A stretch of 64,000 nucleotides of DNA from Felis catus (lineage: Eukaryota). Shown here piece after piece: positions 36,121-48,790 of the stretch (position 1 is its first letter; each line of letters begins with the position of its first letter). The position numbers and the translations under genes are program-made. The notes beneath the pieces were generated by a model that worked only from the letters and a program-made list of their open reading frames with translations, had not been told where the DNA came from and made no database searches. The DNA is taken from positions 134,480,001 through 134,544,000 of the forward strand of contig NC_058368.1 in the NCBI RefSeq assembly GCF_018350175.1, in the 5' to 3' direction.

Positions 36121-36346
36121 GGAATTACCTTCTCACTCAGGAGTGAAAAAAAAAACAGTGAGTATGATTATCCCACCTTATGGGGGAGAAGTTAATAGCC
36201 TGGTCACACAACCTGGAGAAAGAACCTTCTGTGTAGTTCTCATACTTAGATGCCTGGTGAGAATTGGTAATCTTTGGATATAAAGTAGGAGCGAGAAGAA
36301 GAGAAGGAAGAGGAGGAAGAATAAGATTTATGGAGAATTTTTTAAT

Positions 36347-36492
36347 ACTTTTTATCAAATTTAAGACGGAAAGATGCCCCCCAGAAATGTCAATTATCAT
36401 TTTAACATCAATCATCATTTCTAAGACACATTCAAATTTCACAGATGTTTAAATGTGAAATAAAAATTAATATTAGAATTGGAAATATGGTA
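36347..36492 (-). mobile_element. MER104-like (TcMar-Tc2) remnant
   Basis: taagacacattcaaatttcacagatgtttaaatgtgaaa...ttagaattggaaatatggta. Confidence 0.55.
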
Positions 36493-37224
36493 CATATCCT
36501 GTACTCGTAAGAGTGATTTGAATAGTTAATTCATTTCATCTTTACCACTAGCTTCTCAGGAATCTTATTATTGGATGGCAGAACGGCCACTATATTCCAG
36601 TCCTTGGATTCACGCCAGGTTATGATGTTCATGGAAAGACAAGTCTCACAGACATGATGATGAATCCTTTGGAAAATCTGGTGGAAAACTATTTCTGAAA
36701 AGATATAAATACAGAAACTGATCAAAAGGATTTGAGAAAGAATAAGTGATCCTGAGCCTAAAGACCATGTTGTAGAAATCGAAACAGGAAAGAAAGAATA
36801 TGTAGATGTTTTATTCAAAATTCTCCCGTGATGTTACTATAACCCACAAATTGGGGCAGGAAACAGTTAAAACATTTTAAAGTGCTGAAAGGGCCTTCTG
36901 TACCAGGACAGCAGTTTGAATGTGTGCCATACTGTCTGAATACTAAGCGAGACCACTTTCCTTTTGCCACACAGCTGTGGACAGAGAAGGACGTTTCTCT
37001 GGGGGAGGGGGGGTGAGGGGAAGCCTAGAGAAAGAGTTTGTTGTTCCTGAGAGGACAGACATCTCAGCATGCTAGAAGTTTTCCTTCCCTCCCCACCTCC
37101 ACCCCTACCCCACAAAAGCTTGGAAACATCATGCCGAGAGGAGAGTCAAGAAACACAAAGAAGATTATGGAGATACAAGAGGGGAACCGATGAAGGAGAT
37201 GTGGCCATCTGAGTGAGGAAGCTG

Positions 37225-37445
37225 AGTAGGTGGCTAGAAATGTGGCTTCTGGTGCATAACAGCTTGCGTGGGAAACCTGACCCCATTAGTTCACCAACTG
37301 TATGACTTGGACTAGCTACTCAACCTCTTCAAACCTCAGTTTCCTGATCTGTGAAAAAAGATGATACCTCATTAGGATGGTTTAAGGATTATTAACCTAG
37401 TGACTGGTACAAAGTTAAGCCCAAGGTAAACATAAGCTATAATTA
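37225..37445 (+). mobile_element. MIR
   Basis: tcaacctcttcaaacctcagtttcctgatctgtgaaa. Confidence 0.78.
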
Positions 37446-37846
37446 TCTTGAGACTTAAAAAAATGAGCACGCCTCTTGATAGGTCGATACAGACATATTA
37501 GTATATACAGATTACACTTACATAATTGTGTGCATGGCTGAGCTCTGTTCAAACAAAGAAAGAAAGAAGGAAGGTAGCTGAGTATGAGAGAAGATATGGC
37601 ATGTGACTAAGTTTGTTGACATATGACCAAGAAACCAAGGCACTAGACCAAAGTCCCCCAGAGCAAAGTTCTCACCCTCTGTGGCAGGACACAGTGTCAT
37701 ATCATGGATAGGAAGGTGCAAAACTACAACTGGGTCCCCCAGCAATTGGTTGTAAACTGCAGCAAGTGGCTGTTACTGATAAGAACACATTGCAAATCCA
37801 GACATTGTCCTTCAGTGGTATTGTTGTCAAAATCACTATTTTGGAG

Positions 37847-38082
37847 CAGTGGTTTTCAACTTTGGCTGAATAATAGAATCATTTGAGGAGCTTTTACAAA
37901 TGTACAGATTCCGGGGTTCTTGGGTGGATCATTCGGTTAAGCGTCCAACTTTGGCTCAGGTCGTGATCTCGTGGTTTGTGAATTCGACCCCCCGTGTAGG
38001 GCACCATGTTGACAGCTCGGAGCCTGGAGCCTGCTTTGGATTCTGTGTGTGTATGTGTGTGTGTGTGTTGCACGCACATGTG

Positions 38083-38133
<51 letters not shown>

Positions 38134-38257
38134 TAAAAAATAAAAACATTAAAAAGATGTACATATTTCTCAACCCTTTTCTAGACCAATTGAATCAGGA
38201 TCTCTGGGAGGTTCAGGCATCCATATCCTAATGGGGAGCCAGGACTTAGAACCATTG
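37847..38257 (+). mobile_element. MER5B-like hAT element interrupted by a SINE
   Basis: TIRs cagtggttttcaac ... ttagaaccattg; internal gaatcatttgaggagctttt. Confidence 0.8.
37913..38155 (+). mobile_element. Can-SINE with compound (GT)n/(CT)n microsatellite
   Basis: SINE head; TSD-like atgtaca(g/t)att on both flanks. Confidence 0.93.
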
Positions 38258-38267
38258 CCTTGGAGGG

Positions 38268-39010
38268 GTGGTTGTCAAACTGGAGAGTGCCTCATAATCA
38301 CTTGAACAGCCTATTAGAGTATAGGTTGCTGGAATCCACCCCAAGAGTTTCTGATTCATTAGATCTGAGGTGGGGCCTACATGTCAATGCCCTTCAGCCA
38401 AAGACCACCAGGAACATACCTGTAGTTAGGTTGGATTTATTATTCATTGCAGTGAGGGAGAACACAGACCTTAGTGAACCCTGAATGTCTCAGTATGAGG
38501 GTGTTAGGAAGGCTCTACTATAGGAGGTGAACTTTGAGTGATTTGAGGGAAAGTATAAACAAGTGGGAATTTGCTCTAGACTCAATGTTGTCAGAAAATG
38601 AGGGCAATTCTCTGACTGGACATTATAATAAATTTTATCTTTCAGAAGGGGAGACTTGCAAGAGTATAAGCTATAATTGGGAGAGAAGTAGCAGCCACTC
38701 ATCTTGGCCAGGAGTGGAAATGTTTAGTCATTTGTGGGCTGCACAATGACCTTGTTGTTGTCTGCGTTTAGATAAAATTGTGAAGTGGCCTTGTTTTGTG
38801 TCATTTTATCATGGGCTCAGAGTAACCTTGCATGAAGTTGTTGTTCTGTGAGATTGCTGTGTTCAGTAGGAGAATGACATGGCTTACCATGAGGGCCAGC
38901 CCAGCTTTCAAATGTTTGCTTCTGCCCCTCTCCTCTTTTTCCTTTCATGCAAGTTTAAGGTGATGCTGATACCACTAGCCCAGAGACCACCAAGCTTTTG
39001 AGGACCACTG
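38268..39010 (-). mobile_element. MER5A-like hAT element split by an LTR
   Basis: Left part gtggttgtcaaact...agagtttctgattcattagatctgaggtggggcc (to ~38398); right part ggtgatgctgata...tttgaggaccactg (~38945-39010). Confidence 0.75.
38402..38910 (-). mobile_element. ERV-type solo LTR (family not confidently named)
   Basis: tgt...tca termini, minus-strand AATAAA (tttatt ~38436), ~510 bp insertion splitting the MER5A. Confidence 0.6.
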
Positions 39011-39349
39011 TCTAAGAGGATGAAGATACCTGAAAGCTAGGTTTGGAAGAGATGCCAAAGAAAAAAATGCATGAATACAGCCTTGAAAGGCAGGGTACAG
39101 AGCTTCAGGGGGAAAACAAAACCAAGAGTAACATAGCCTAGCAGATAATGTAGCTTGTGTAAACCTCGTCCAGCATAGATAATGGAATACACCACTTGAA
39201 AGTTGGATAAAGCTAGCATCGTCTGGTTGTGTGCTTCCTCTCCAGTTCTCAGCTGCCTTCTTTGACCAACTTCCAGCTCAAAGTTTTTGTGCATACATTT
39301 TCCTTTGCCTAGTAATTGGACCACTTTCTACCTCATTTCTACTTTCTTC

Positions 39350-39610
39350 TGTATCTTCTAAAAGTATCCCTACTTGGGAGAAGCCTTTCCAGATCCCCTA
39401 TACTAAGTTAGCTTTCCTCTTTGTCACTCTCATATCACCCTTTTCTTATTCTTCATTGTCTCCATCATGATTTATAATCAGGTATTTCCTCTTAGGGTGG
39501 TTGAATTAGGTTTTCTGTCTCTCCCACTACACCGTGAACTCCTTCTGAGTAGAAAGCATGCCTGATTTGCTGACCATTAACTCTTTCACATCTAGAAGAG
39601 TTTTGGAAGG
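39350..39610 (+). mobile_element. L2 3' fragment
   Basis: ctgtctctcccactacaccgtgaactccttctgagtag. Confidence 0.65.
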
Positions 39611-42600
39611 GAAAGACCCACTTTCTTCCCCGGCATGCACGAATCATAGATGAGTCCCTATTTCTCTCTATCTAGCCAGTTCACACTAGATCTTTAAAAA
39701 TTATTAATTGCTTTGGCTTATCATTGATACTCTTCTCTCCTTTTCATTGCTTATACAGATCCCATGAAACACTTTATATTTTCCTTTGATAGCCTTAATG
39801 AAAAATATAAAGCATTTGATGGAATCTATCTGAGCAAAGAAACTTGAGTTTCATATCCCAATCAATTGCTATTTCTTCCCTGTCTTGGTTCAATCTGATC
39901 ATTGCTCTTCACGTGCCATTTGATAAGAGCTGGTAGGAACTAACTTCAAAATGAAATTTTTCCTTTGGATATTTTATTTGCTTGAGACATTTCTTGGGTT
40001 CGTTGTTTTAATTAAGTGTTCTGACACACTTCCCTTAACCCTTCTTCCGGGGCTGGGCTTGCACAGCAGCCTTTTGGCTTTGGATCCGGGACAGGAGAAG
40101 GGATTTTGCCAAGAATGAGATCCAGCAGAGCCTCAAAAATTTTACATCTCAAGCCAAACTGGGTTTTGTTCAGATCTGGTTTAGCTGGCTCCTGGATTCT
40201 GAATGCAAACCTTTCAAAATGCTCATAAAATTGTAACAGAGGACTCTCTGGACATCTGTCAAATGACACTCACCAAACATCACTTTAATGAGTTAAGTGT
40301 AAATGAAACAGGAACATATGGATATCATTGTCCTAAAAATACGCAGGGGTTTAAACTAAAGGCAAATAAAGAACTTCTTTGGTGACATGTGTTTTGGGGT
40401 TTGCTGAACCAAAGACACTGGAAAGTTCTCCAAGACATTTATCAAGTCTAATATGCAGATGGCTTCACCCACTCCCTCATGTGTGGTCAATGACTTTGGG
40501 ATGCCTACTCTTTGCTTGCGCTCTCAAAGCCATTTGCTCTTCTCCCAAGATGGAGCCAAGCTCACTGTCATTAGTACATACAGATGTGAACAAAGTCCCA
40601 TGCTCCCTGGGCCTCAGGGAACATGTATTCCCTAAGCAGAGTGAGAAGAGGCGCTTTATTCTATCTCCACCCGAACTCTTTCCATCTGCCCTTATCCCAT
40701 GTTCTCTTCTAGAGCTTTGCCTCTTCCCTGTTCTGAACCAGAGGGGTGATGAGTTGGCATGCTGAGTAGAGATGGGCTCCAATACAGGCCTTACAAGTCT
40801 CAAAAGCTTAAGCTGAGTTCATGGTACTGATTCCTATAGGTCACGGCACGATGCAGACCCCAGAGTGTTCTTTGCCTTTAGACCCTTAACAGCCAAGTAC
40901 ACGCACTGCTGCCATGATATCCCCTTATTGTCTGCTTCTGCCTCTTAGTATCAGTACTTGGAAATGTGGGGCCTGCCTTCCATAAGTACGCAATAGCTCA
41001 GAGGCTTCTTCAGTGGAGGAGCAGGTACACTGTCATTTCCCTTCTAACTCTGCTCTTCTTTCAGACTTTTAATAAAGTGTGACGTCTATTTGCCTGTGGT
41101 ATATAAGTAATAGACTTTACCGCAACAATTAAAAATGGTTCTGCTGCCTTTGTCTCTGAAATCTATCCCATCAGAGTCTTTTGGCTATATTCTACAGGAT
41201 GTGACAATCCCTGGCCTCACAAAGCTTCAGAACAACCTCAGCCACTCCTTTTGAAATGGTGCAGTGGGCATTTGGGGATCTTCAGAGGTTCCAAGCACCT
41301 GTTTCCTCATGAGTCTTCATTTCCTCACACTGCCAGCAAGCAACTCTCTGCCAGGCTGTAGAGAAATCAGGAGGTTGTGTGCATAATGTGATCCTTGGAG
41401 AAGCTTTTGGGCAGAGGGTCACCTGCTCCGCTTTCTTCCAGGTGAACAACCCAAAACAAGCAGGGAGCCTTCCCTTGCCTAAATAAGGCGACTATGTAGG
41501 GGCAGTCAGTACTCCCTGGGAAGTCATGTACAATTTGTTTTGCTTGCAAGATGGGTCATTTGTCTGATGTGAGAGAAGTGGCTTGCATTCCTAGGTTTTG
41601 GTTTGCATTGTTTTTTCCTGCTCTAATATTTTCCCCTTTTGCTCTATTGTTTCTTGTTTCCCAACTCTTTATGAATTATTTTTTTTAATCTGGGTTTTTT
41701 GAGTCAAAAGAATGAAGGCCTGGGGAAAGGGTGTCAGGGTACTGATTAAGAATTAAAATGTCAGTTCAGATGCACAAGAAGAGGCTACTTACTACTCAAA
41801 GTCAAGAATGAATTTTTGGTCCTGGAGTCCTTACCAAAGCTAGTGGAATGGGACTCATGTTCTGTTCTTGTCAGAAAGGTCTATATAAGCAATCAACAAT
41901 GTATAAAAAAGCAGAATATGTTTTCCTCACTGTGTTCCCAAGTTTCCTCACCCCAGCTTCGGTATTTGTTGGGCAAATAAAAGAAGATTTGAATGCTTGG
42001 GGTTAAAGGGAAGCGTGTTCCTGTCTACCTAATATATTGGAGAAAAGAGTTAACATTTTTCCTTCACATAACATGATCCCAATCAGGTTCCTAGTCAGCA
42101 AGGCAGGGTGAGATCTCCTGGTGTGAAGGCCTGCTGTACGCAAAAATGTGTCCAGAGGCTCCCTCCATTAGCCCCATGCGCTGTCAGGCTTACAGAGATG
42201 TCTAAAGATTTTGAGAGGGACATTTGCATAATCTCTATAGCTTTGCTGTTTTCTGTCATATGCTGATATGACCACTGCAGCAACCCCCTCCCCTTCCCCC
42301 TCATTCTCCAGTTGTGTACCATGCTCATGGTCAACACCAATTTTGACTACTGTGGGAAAAAATGACAAAAACAAAAACAAAAACAAATACCCATTTAATC
42401 AGGCAAATGGTTAGACATAAGAATGCAAACACAGACAGCCTTCTGCATAGTCATGTTTACCATTTGAGAAAGTCCTAAATTGTTCTTTTCATTCCTATTC
42501 AGAGAATGACTAGATAAGATTCACCAGGGAGTAGGTCGGGGAGAGTTCTACCTTGGTTGGCAAAGACAAGGGGAGGGTGACCTCATAAATCTCTTATCTC

Positions 42601-42614
42601 GCTCATTTTTACAG

Positions 42615-42739
42615 GTCTTCCTGGGAATATTGACACTGTAAGCCTTTACCCCAGAGGAAGCTGGTGCTGCTTGTGGGGAAGCCCTTTGCACAGCCACGTA
42701 GCCCTGTGAAACACTTGATTCCGCCGAACTGTGTGCATG
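42615..42739 (+). other. Candidate non-coding or 5' UTR exon (125 nt)
   Basis: Acceptor tctcttatctcgctcatttttacag|, donor CATG|gtgagt; stops in all three frames; unique sequence; no transcript evidence. Confidence 0.3.
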
Positions 42740-43349
42740 GTGAGTGAAAAAGACTCATTTTCTCCATAGACCCAGTTGCCTTCACAATGCTTTCCTTTGC
42801 CTTAGCTCTGATGACATTTTGAGAAATTGAAGAAAGTAGGCGTGGAGCAGAAGTCTTCACCCTTTTCTCGTTGCCACCTCCCCCTTCTTTTCTAGACATG
42901 ATAAACGAGCCAGGTTTCACCGGCTAAAAATCTATGAAAACATAGTCTCCAGCACCCTGCTACAACTTTGATTATGTTGCTTAATGTTGTTTGTTCATAA
43001 CACCAGCGTGACTATGACAAGGACATAAACTCGCCAAATAACTGAAATATTAAAAATATTACTACTTTGCCTTTACGCACCTGCTGGCAAATCTTCTCAA
43101 GCCCTTTCCAGAATTTTTTTTTTTACATAGCTATGTGTAGATGACCATCATTTCTTCTTGTTTTGTCTGCTTAGTCTCTCCAGCAAGTCCTCTCATCTGC
43201 CTTATTTCTCCGTAGTAAATGCCTGTGTTTGGTCTGATCAACCAACTCACTCTGACCCTGATTTCTGGAAACTGCTGCTGCTTCTCTAACACAGTTTACA
43301 TTCTGCAACTGGTTCATGACCTCCCTCTGGCCTCACCCCATACTCCACA

Positions 43350-43803
43350 CCTACTCTCAGACACTGTTGCTTGATCATTAGTGGGCACCAGATTCACCCT
43401 GAGCCAATCAAAAGCTCTCTTCAGAGAATTTAGATTCCAATCTCTGCCATGCTGGTCTCCTAGACAAAAAAGATAGAACATGGCAAACTGTTGGCTACTG
43501 AGGTCTGGGGGGATGAATAGAACTCCCTACCACCCTGGAAGGAGAGAGAAAACTAGTCTCTGAGTACAAAACCAAGCAGATAAATAGGTAGAAACATAAA
43601 TGAGATGGAAGTTGGAGAGAAGATACCTACAGGATTCCCAAGGTTCCGGCCTCTGGTTCTAGTCCCTTTTGAAGACTGGCTATATACCTGCCCCAGGGTC
43701 CAATGAATTAATCTTGTATTAGAATACTAATTTTTCCTTTTACAATTAAATTTACTAGTGTTAGTTTCAGTTATCTATAACCCAAAGAGTTCTAACTAAT
43801 CCA
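43350..43803 (+). mobile_element. MaLR LTR (old MLT1-like)
   Basis: 3' end ttagtttcagttatctataacccaaagagttctaactaat resembles MLT1 terminus. Confidence 0.65.
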
Positions 43804-44071
43804 TTTTCCAAATATTCTATTAAAGGCTTAGTCAAGCTGCTGATGCAGCCTGACATTGCTCTGCCTACAATAACCACCTGCTCTTCTCTGACGTGATAGT
43901 GTTCCTTATCCTTTATGATGCAATTATCACCTGATGAATCTAGTGTAGTTCCTTAAGTGTGCTCAAGGTGACTGATCCCTGAGACCTGACACAGTAGGAT
44001 TTTGCCAAAGGAACACAATAAAATGTTGATTGGGTTGAATTATTCATTGGTTAACTCTTGCTTAATTTTTC

Positions 44072-44794
44072 TTTTTTTTTTTGACAAAGTAAATATTTTC
44101 CTTTTTCTTTTTTTATGTTAAACATAATTTACTGTCAAATTGGTTTCCATACAATGCCCAGTGCTCATCCCAATAGGTACCCTTCTCAATGCCCATCACC
44201 CACTTTCTCCTACCTCCCACCCCCATCAACCCTCAGTTTGTTCTCAGTATTTAAGAGTCTCTTATGGTTTGCCTCCTTCCCTCTCTGTAACTTTTTTCCT
44301 TCTCCCCCTCCCCCATGGACTTCTGTTAAGTTTCTCAGGATCCACATAAGAGTGAAAACATATGGTATCTGTCTTCCTCTGTGTGACTTATTTCACTTAG
44401 CATATCCCTCTCCAATTCCATCCGTGTTGCTACAAAAGGCCATATTTCATTCTTTCTCATTGCCAAGTAGTATTCCATTGCATATATAAACCGCATCTTT
44501 ATCCATTCATCAGTTGATGGACATTTAGACTCTTTCCATAATTTGGCTATTGTTGAAAGTGCTGCTATAAACATTGGGGTACAAGTGCCCCTATGCATCA
44601 GCACTCCTGTATCCCTTGGGTAAATTCCTAGCAGTGGTATTGCTGGGTCATAGGGTAGTTCTATTGTTAATTTTTTGAGGAACCTCCACACTGTTTTCCA
44701 GAGTGGCTGCACCAGTTTGCATCCCTACCAACAGTGCAAGAGGGTTCCCGTTTCTCCACATCCTCTCCAGCATCTATAGTCTCCTGATTTGTTC
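44072..44794 (-). mobile_element. Young felid-type L1, 5'-truncated (ORF2 C-terminus plus 3' UTR)
   Basis: Open ORF2 C-terminus 44335-44712 ([31 protein letters not shown]...); perfect 19-bp TSD aactcttgcttaatttttc at 44053-44071 and 44795-44813. Confidence 0.97.
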
Positions 44795-46479
44795 AACTCT
44801 TGCTTAATTTTTCACCACTGCTGGTGCATCCTCCTTTTGTGTGATTCTCTTCTGTGTCTTCTTCTCTGTTTGAGTCTGGCCATTTTCCCAGTGCTAAGAA
44901 TCGATATAAAAATTGTACTGTCCTCTGTCCTTTAAAAAAAAACACAACAGCATTATTTCAATTCAATTCAAGACTTTCCTAGACTGTGTTTTTATGTCGT
45001 CATTCATTTCTGGCTCTCTGAGCAGCCCTCTGCTAATTCTGTCACTATATTGAGGTACTCCCATCCTTGGAGTTACCCCAGTCTCTGCAGCCCAGGAAGA
45101 AAGAACGCATAAAGTACTTGTAGACAGCTGAAGCACACATGGGTGTACCAGATACACATAAACAGCCCTGCACAAAAAGCAAATTAATTTTCAGCTCTGA
45201 GATTCAGAGTTCACTGAAAGTAGCTTTCATTGACTGTGAGTCACAGGTAATCAGTCTTTGTGACATAACCTGTGAGTTAGTAAATTCTCACTGGTCTTGA
45301 TGAAAAAAGCCTCCTTTGTCCATCTGGTTATTAGCAGGTCTGTAAAATTGCATGGCAAGGTGAAATGAAGCCCTAAAACCTTATTTCTCCATGGCAATGG
45401 GGAGAAGAAAACCTCCCAAATCATGTATTGTGGCTGGATCTATGGTTTTAAGATCTGTGCACATTGGGTTAGCAAAAAATCAGCTTTGTAAGGGGCTGCC
45501 TTTTTCGTCAGAGAACGTACCACTTGGTATAAAAATTGAAATGCTCAAGGGTAATAAAGGCCAAAAGAAAATGCAGAATATACTCCTGTCTCTGAAGTCA
45601 TTTATGAGACTGTGAGAATATGATATCTAAGCACAGGTGCTAATTTTCAAAATGCTACAAAGTGACAGTGTGTGTGTGAGAGTTGCATTTTTAGGGGTGA
45701 GTTCATCATTTACAACTTTTATCGGCACAAATGACGGTGCATCAGGTACTTACTTCTCCATAACCAGAGGGGTCAAGTAGATAATTAATGAGAATTAATC
45801 TGTAGAGAGGAATACAATCTCCAGTTCGAGTCCTGGTTTATGACTTGGTTTATTATGTAAGTATGAAACTTCAAAGAGCGCTAACGCAACGTGGCAATTT
45901 AATTACATTTTATTATATTTAAGAGCTTTATGGAAATTTTGCTTGCTGCCAAGAAATGGTTCTTGAGAACACTTGCCTCCTCAACAGGCTGCTTGGGGCC
46001 CCTGTTCCCAGAGCAACTACAGAGAGGAGCCGCTTGTACCTTTCTTCTGAGAGAGAAGGTGCAAACAGCTGCTAGGTGAGACATTGGCTTAGGGAGTGGC
46101 CAAGGTTAATTTCTCTTACAGGAGGTAAGAGCACGGAACTCAGCTCTCCTCCCTTTAAAGGCTCTGAATTCAAATAGTCCCAGGGGCAAGTCTGAAAGCT
46201 TATGTTTAGGGACAGGCTTTTGGAGGATCAGAACCATGAAGTGTCGATTCTCTGGTGACCGCAGAGATGGCTACTTCCATCACTTGCGGGGAAAAAACAT
46301 AAAATGAAGACGAGTGGAGCACAAGAATCTCCTATCGTTGTACATCAACTCAGAAGTTTCTTAATTGTGTGGGCTTCGGCAGTAAGGAAGAGCCCCTTTC
46401 TTTAATAGCTGTATTGTTTTCCCATCCTCTTATCTTCATTTGAGCGTGAAACTGAGGGAAATGGATTCTTAGGTTAACA

Positions 46480-46640
46480 TGACCTTGGGTCTGCGTCCAG
46501 GGCTAAGGGCCAGGGTTCCTCCCATTGAATTCCAGCTCTGGTACCGACTTGTGCTATGGCCTTGGGCTAAGCGGCATAGTCTCTGTGCTGGGTCTGCTTG
46601 CTGCTAAAATGACAAGGATGATGCCATCGTGCTGACCTCA
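46480..46640 (+). mobile_element. MIR fragment
   Basis: ttgaattccagctctggtaccgacttgtgctatggccttgggc. Confidence 0.65.
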
Positions 46641-47135
46641 TTGGGACATTGTGCAGACTAGTTGAAAACCCTTTTTTTTTTTTTTCGGTGAATAAAAGTT
46701 TTGGGTTCCTGATGATGGCAGGCTGAAGGAATGCTTGGAAAGGGGGAAAATGAGAGGAGAATTGGTTGATTTATTTGGCAGGGTAGGAGACAGAACAATA
46801 TGTCCAAAGGTGTTCTGCACAAAGTAAATAAAGTAATGATATGTAAAAGTGAGTTTGTTGTGAGACGAAGTTGCCCTCAGGCTTGAAGAGTTTGGCTTTT
46901 TCTTTTACCCTGACCAATGGATTAGTACTATCTTTTTAGCAATGATAAAATCTAGAGATCATTGGACTACATTTATTTCACTTGGAACAAAGGAAAGGAA
47001 AAAAATACTCCATTTCCTAAAAGGTATGGTGAATATTGTGGAAAAAAAATAAAATAGATTGGGAGATTGGGATAAGACCAAGAACTGGAGGGAGTATTGG
47101 CCTTTTCCAAGCATTATTAAAACATTTTATTTACA

Positions 47136-47343
47136 GGGGTGCCTGGGTGGCTCAGCGTGTTAAGCATTTGACTCTTGATTTCAGCTCAGGTCATGATCTC
47201 ACTATTCATGGGTTCAAGCCCCACATCAGGCTCTGTGCTGACAGTGCAGAGCCTGCTTGGCATTCTCTGTCTCCCCCTATCCCTCTACCCAGTTCATGTC
47301 CCCCCCCCCTCTTTCTCTCTAAAATAAAATTTTAAAAAAATAA
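47136..47343 (+). mobile_element. Can-SINE
   Basis: Head ggggtgcctgggtggctcag, A-rich tail. Confidence 0.93.
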
Positions 47344-47479
47344 GTGGGGATAAAATAGTGCCTATTCCTATTAAGGAAACTAAATGATATATGACAGCAC
47401 ATGTAGAGATTAAAACAACAGCTGGCACGAAATAACTTGTCATTGAATGTAAGGTTACTAATACTCATACGTTAGTTGA

Positions 47480-47990
47480 AGAAATTCAGTCTTTATTCTA
47501 GAGTCAGAGGGAAGCCATGAAAGTACCATATGAAAGGCACTGCCATGTCATGATTGGGGTGGAGAATGAAGAGGAAATAAGCTAGAATAGGGGTGTGTAA
47601 GAGGGAAGAGGGTTGAGAATAACTAAAGAGAGGAGTTTATAGAATTGTGTCACAGCAGGATGAAGGATTTCCGCGGTCTCCCAGGCTTGTGAGTTGGATG
47701 ACTGGGAGAGATGGCAGTAGTTATAACCTGAGTAAGAAGATGTGCAAGAAGTCAGAAGTATGGGGAAAGTAGTAAGTTCAATTTATTGTTGTGTGAATTT
47801 TGAGGTACCCGGGAACTTTCGAATGGGGCCTTCTGAAGATCAATAGAATTGGATCTAGCTCTCTGAAAAGAAACCTGGACTATTGATAAATTTTGAGGAG
47901 TTTTTGGATTAGGTAGGTTATTCGTGGAAAAGCCTAGAAAATCCAGGAGAGACTAGAAGGAGTACAAAGCAACTGAGACTTAAGGGAGAA
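47480..47990 (-). mobile_element. L2 fragments
   Basis: tctcccaggcttgtgagttggatgactgggagagatggcagtag; gtgaattttgaggtaccc. Confidence 0.6.
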
Positions 47991-48245
47991 GAGTTTGAGT
48001 TTGGAGTTAACTCTCCTATCCTATTTTTCTTTCCCTTCTCTGGACAACCTCTACATCCTGCACAGACACCTGGGCTTATTTCTACCATTTGTGGTGGACA
48101 CAGTGCTCTTCTCTGACTCCTTTACTCTCCCAAGCTAAATGGTTAGTTTTCTACATGATTTTCTTAAAAACACCATAGAACTTCTGGGGCCATATTGATA
48201 ATAAAGGTCCAGGCAAAAAGTTTTCCTCAAATTTTATTAACACAA

Positions 48246-48456
48246 GGGCGCCTGGGTGGCTCAGTCGGTTAAGCATCTGACTTCGGCTCAGGTCATGATC
48301 TCACGGTCCGTGAGTTCGAGCCCCGCGTCGGGCTCTGTGCTGACCGCTCAGAGCCTGGAGCCTGTTTCAGATTCTGTGTCTCCCTCTCTCTCTGACCCTC
48401 CCCTGTTCATGCTCTGTCTCTCCCTGTCTCAAAAATAAATAAACGTTAAAAAAAAA
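48246..48456 (+). mobile_element. Can-SINE (SINEC_Fc-like, fairly young)
   Basis: TSD ttattaacaca at 48234-48244 and 48457-48467. Confidence 0.96.
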
Positions 48457-48469
48457 TTATTAACACAGA

Positions 48470-48736
48470 TTTGTAAAAAAAAAAAAAAGTAAACTTATAC
48501 AACTTTGAAAGTAATTAGAAATCCAGAGAAAAAAAAAGGCAGTATACATTTAACCACATAAATTATTTTTTTTAATTCAGCATGAAAGCAAATGCCATAA
48601 GCAAAATCAAAACTTGGGAAAGTATTTGCAATTCACATCACAGGCGAATGGCTAATCTTTCTAGTTACACAAAGAACATCTAGAAATCAAAGTGAAAAAT
48701 TCTAGTGAAAATAAAAATAAATGGGCATGAACAGTT

Positions 48737-48790
<54 letters not shown>

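Noticed and set aside
40012..40803. Overlapping 85-128 aa ORFs in unique DNA
   Set aside because: No recognisable domain or convincing splice context; lengths compatible with chance
44335..44712. Intact 125-aa ORF with real protein similarity
   Set aside because: C-terminal remnant of L1 ORF2 in a 5'-truncated insertion; not a host gene
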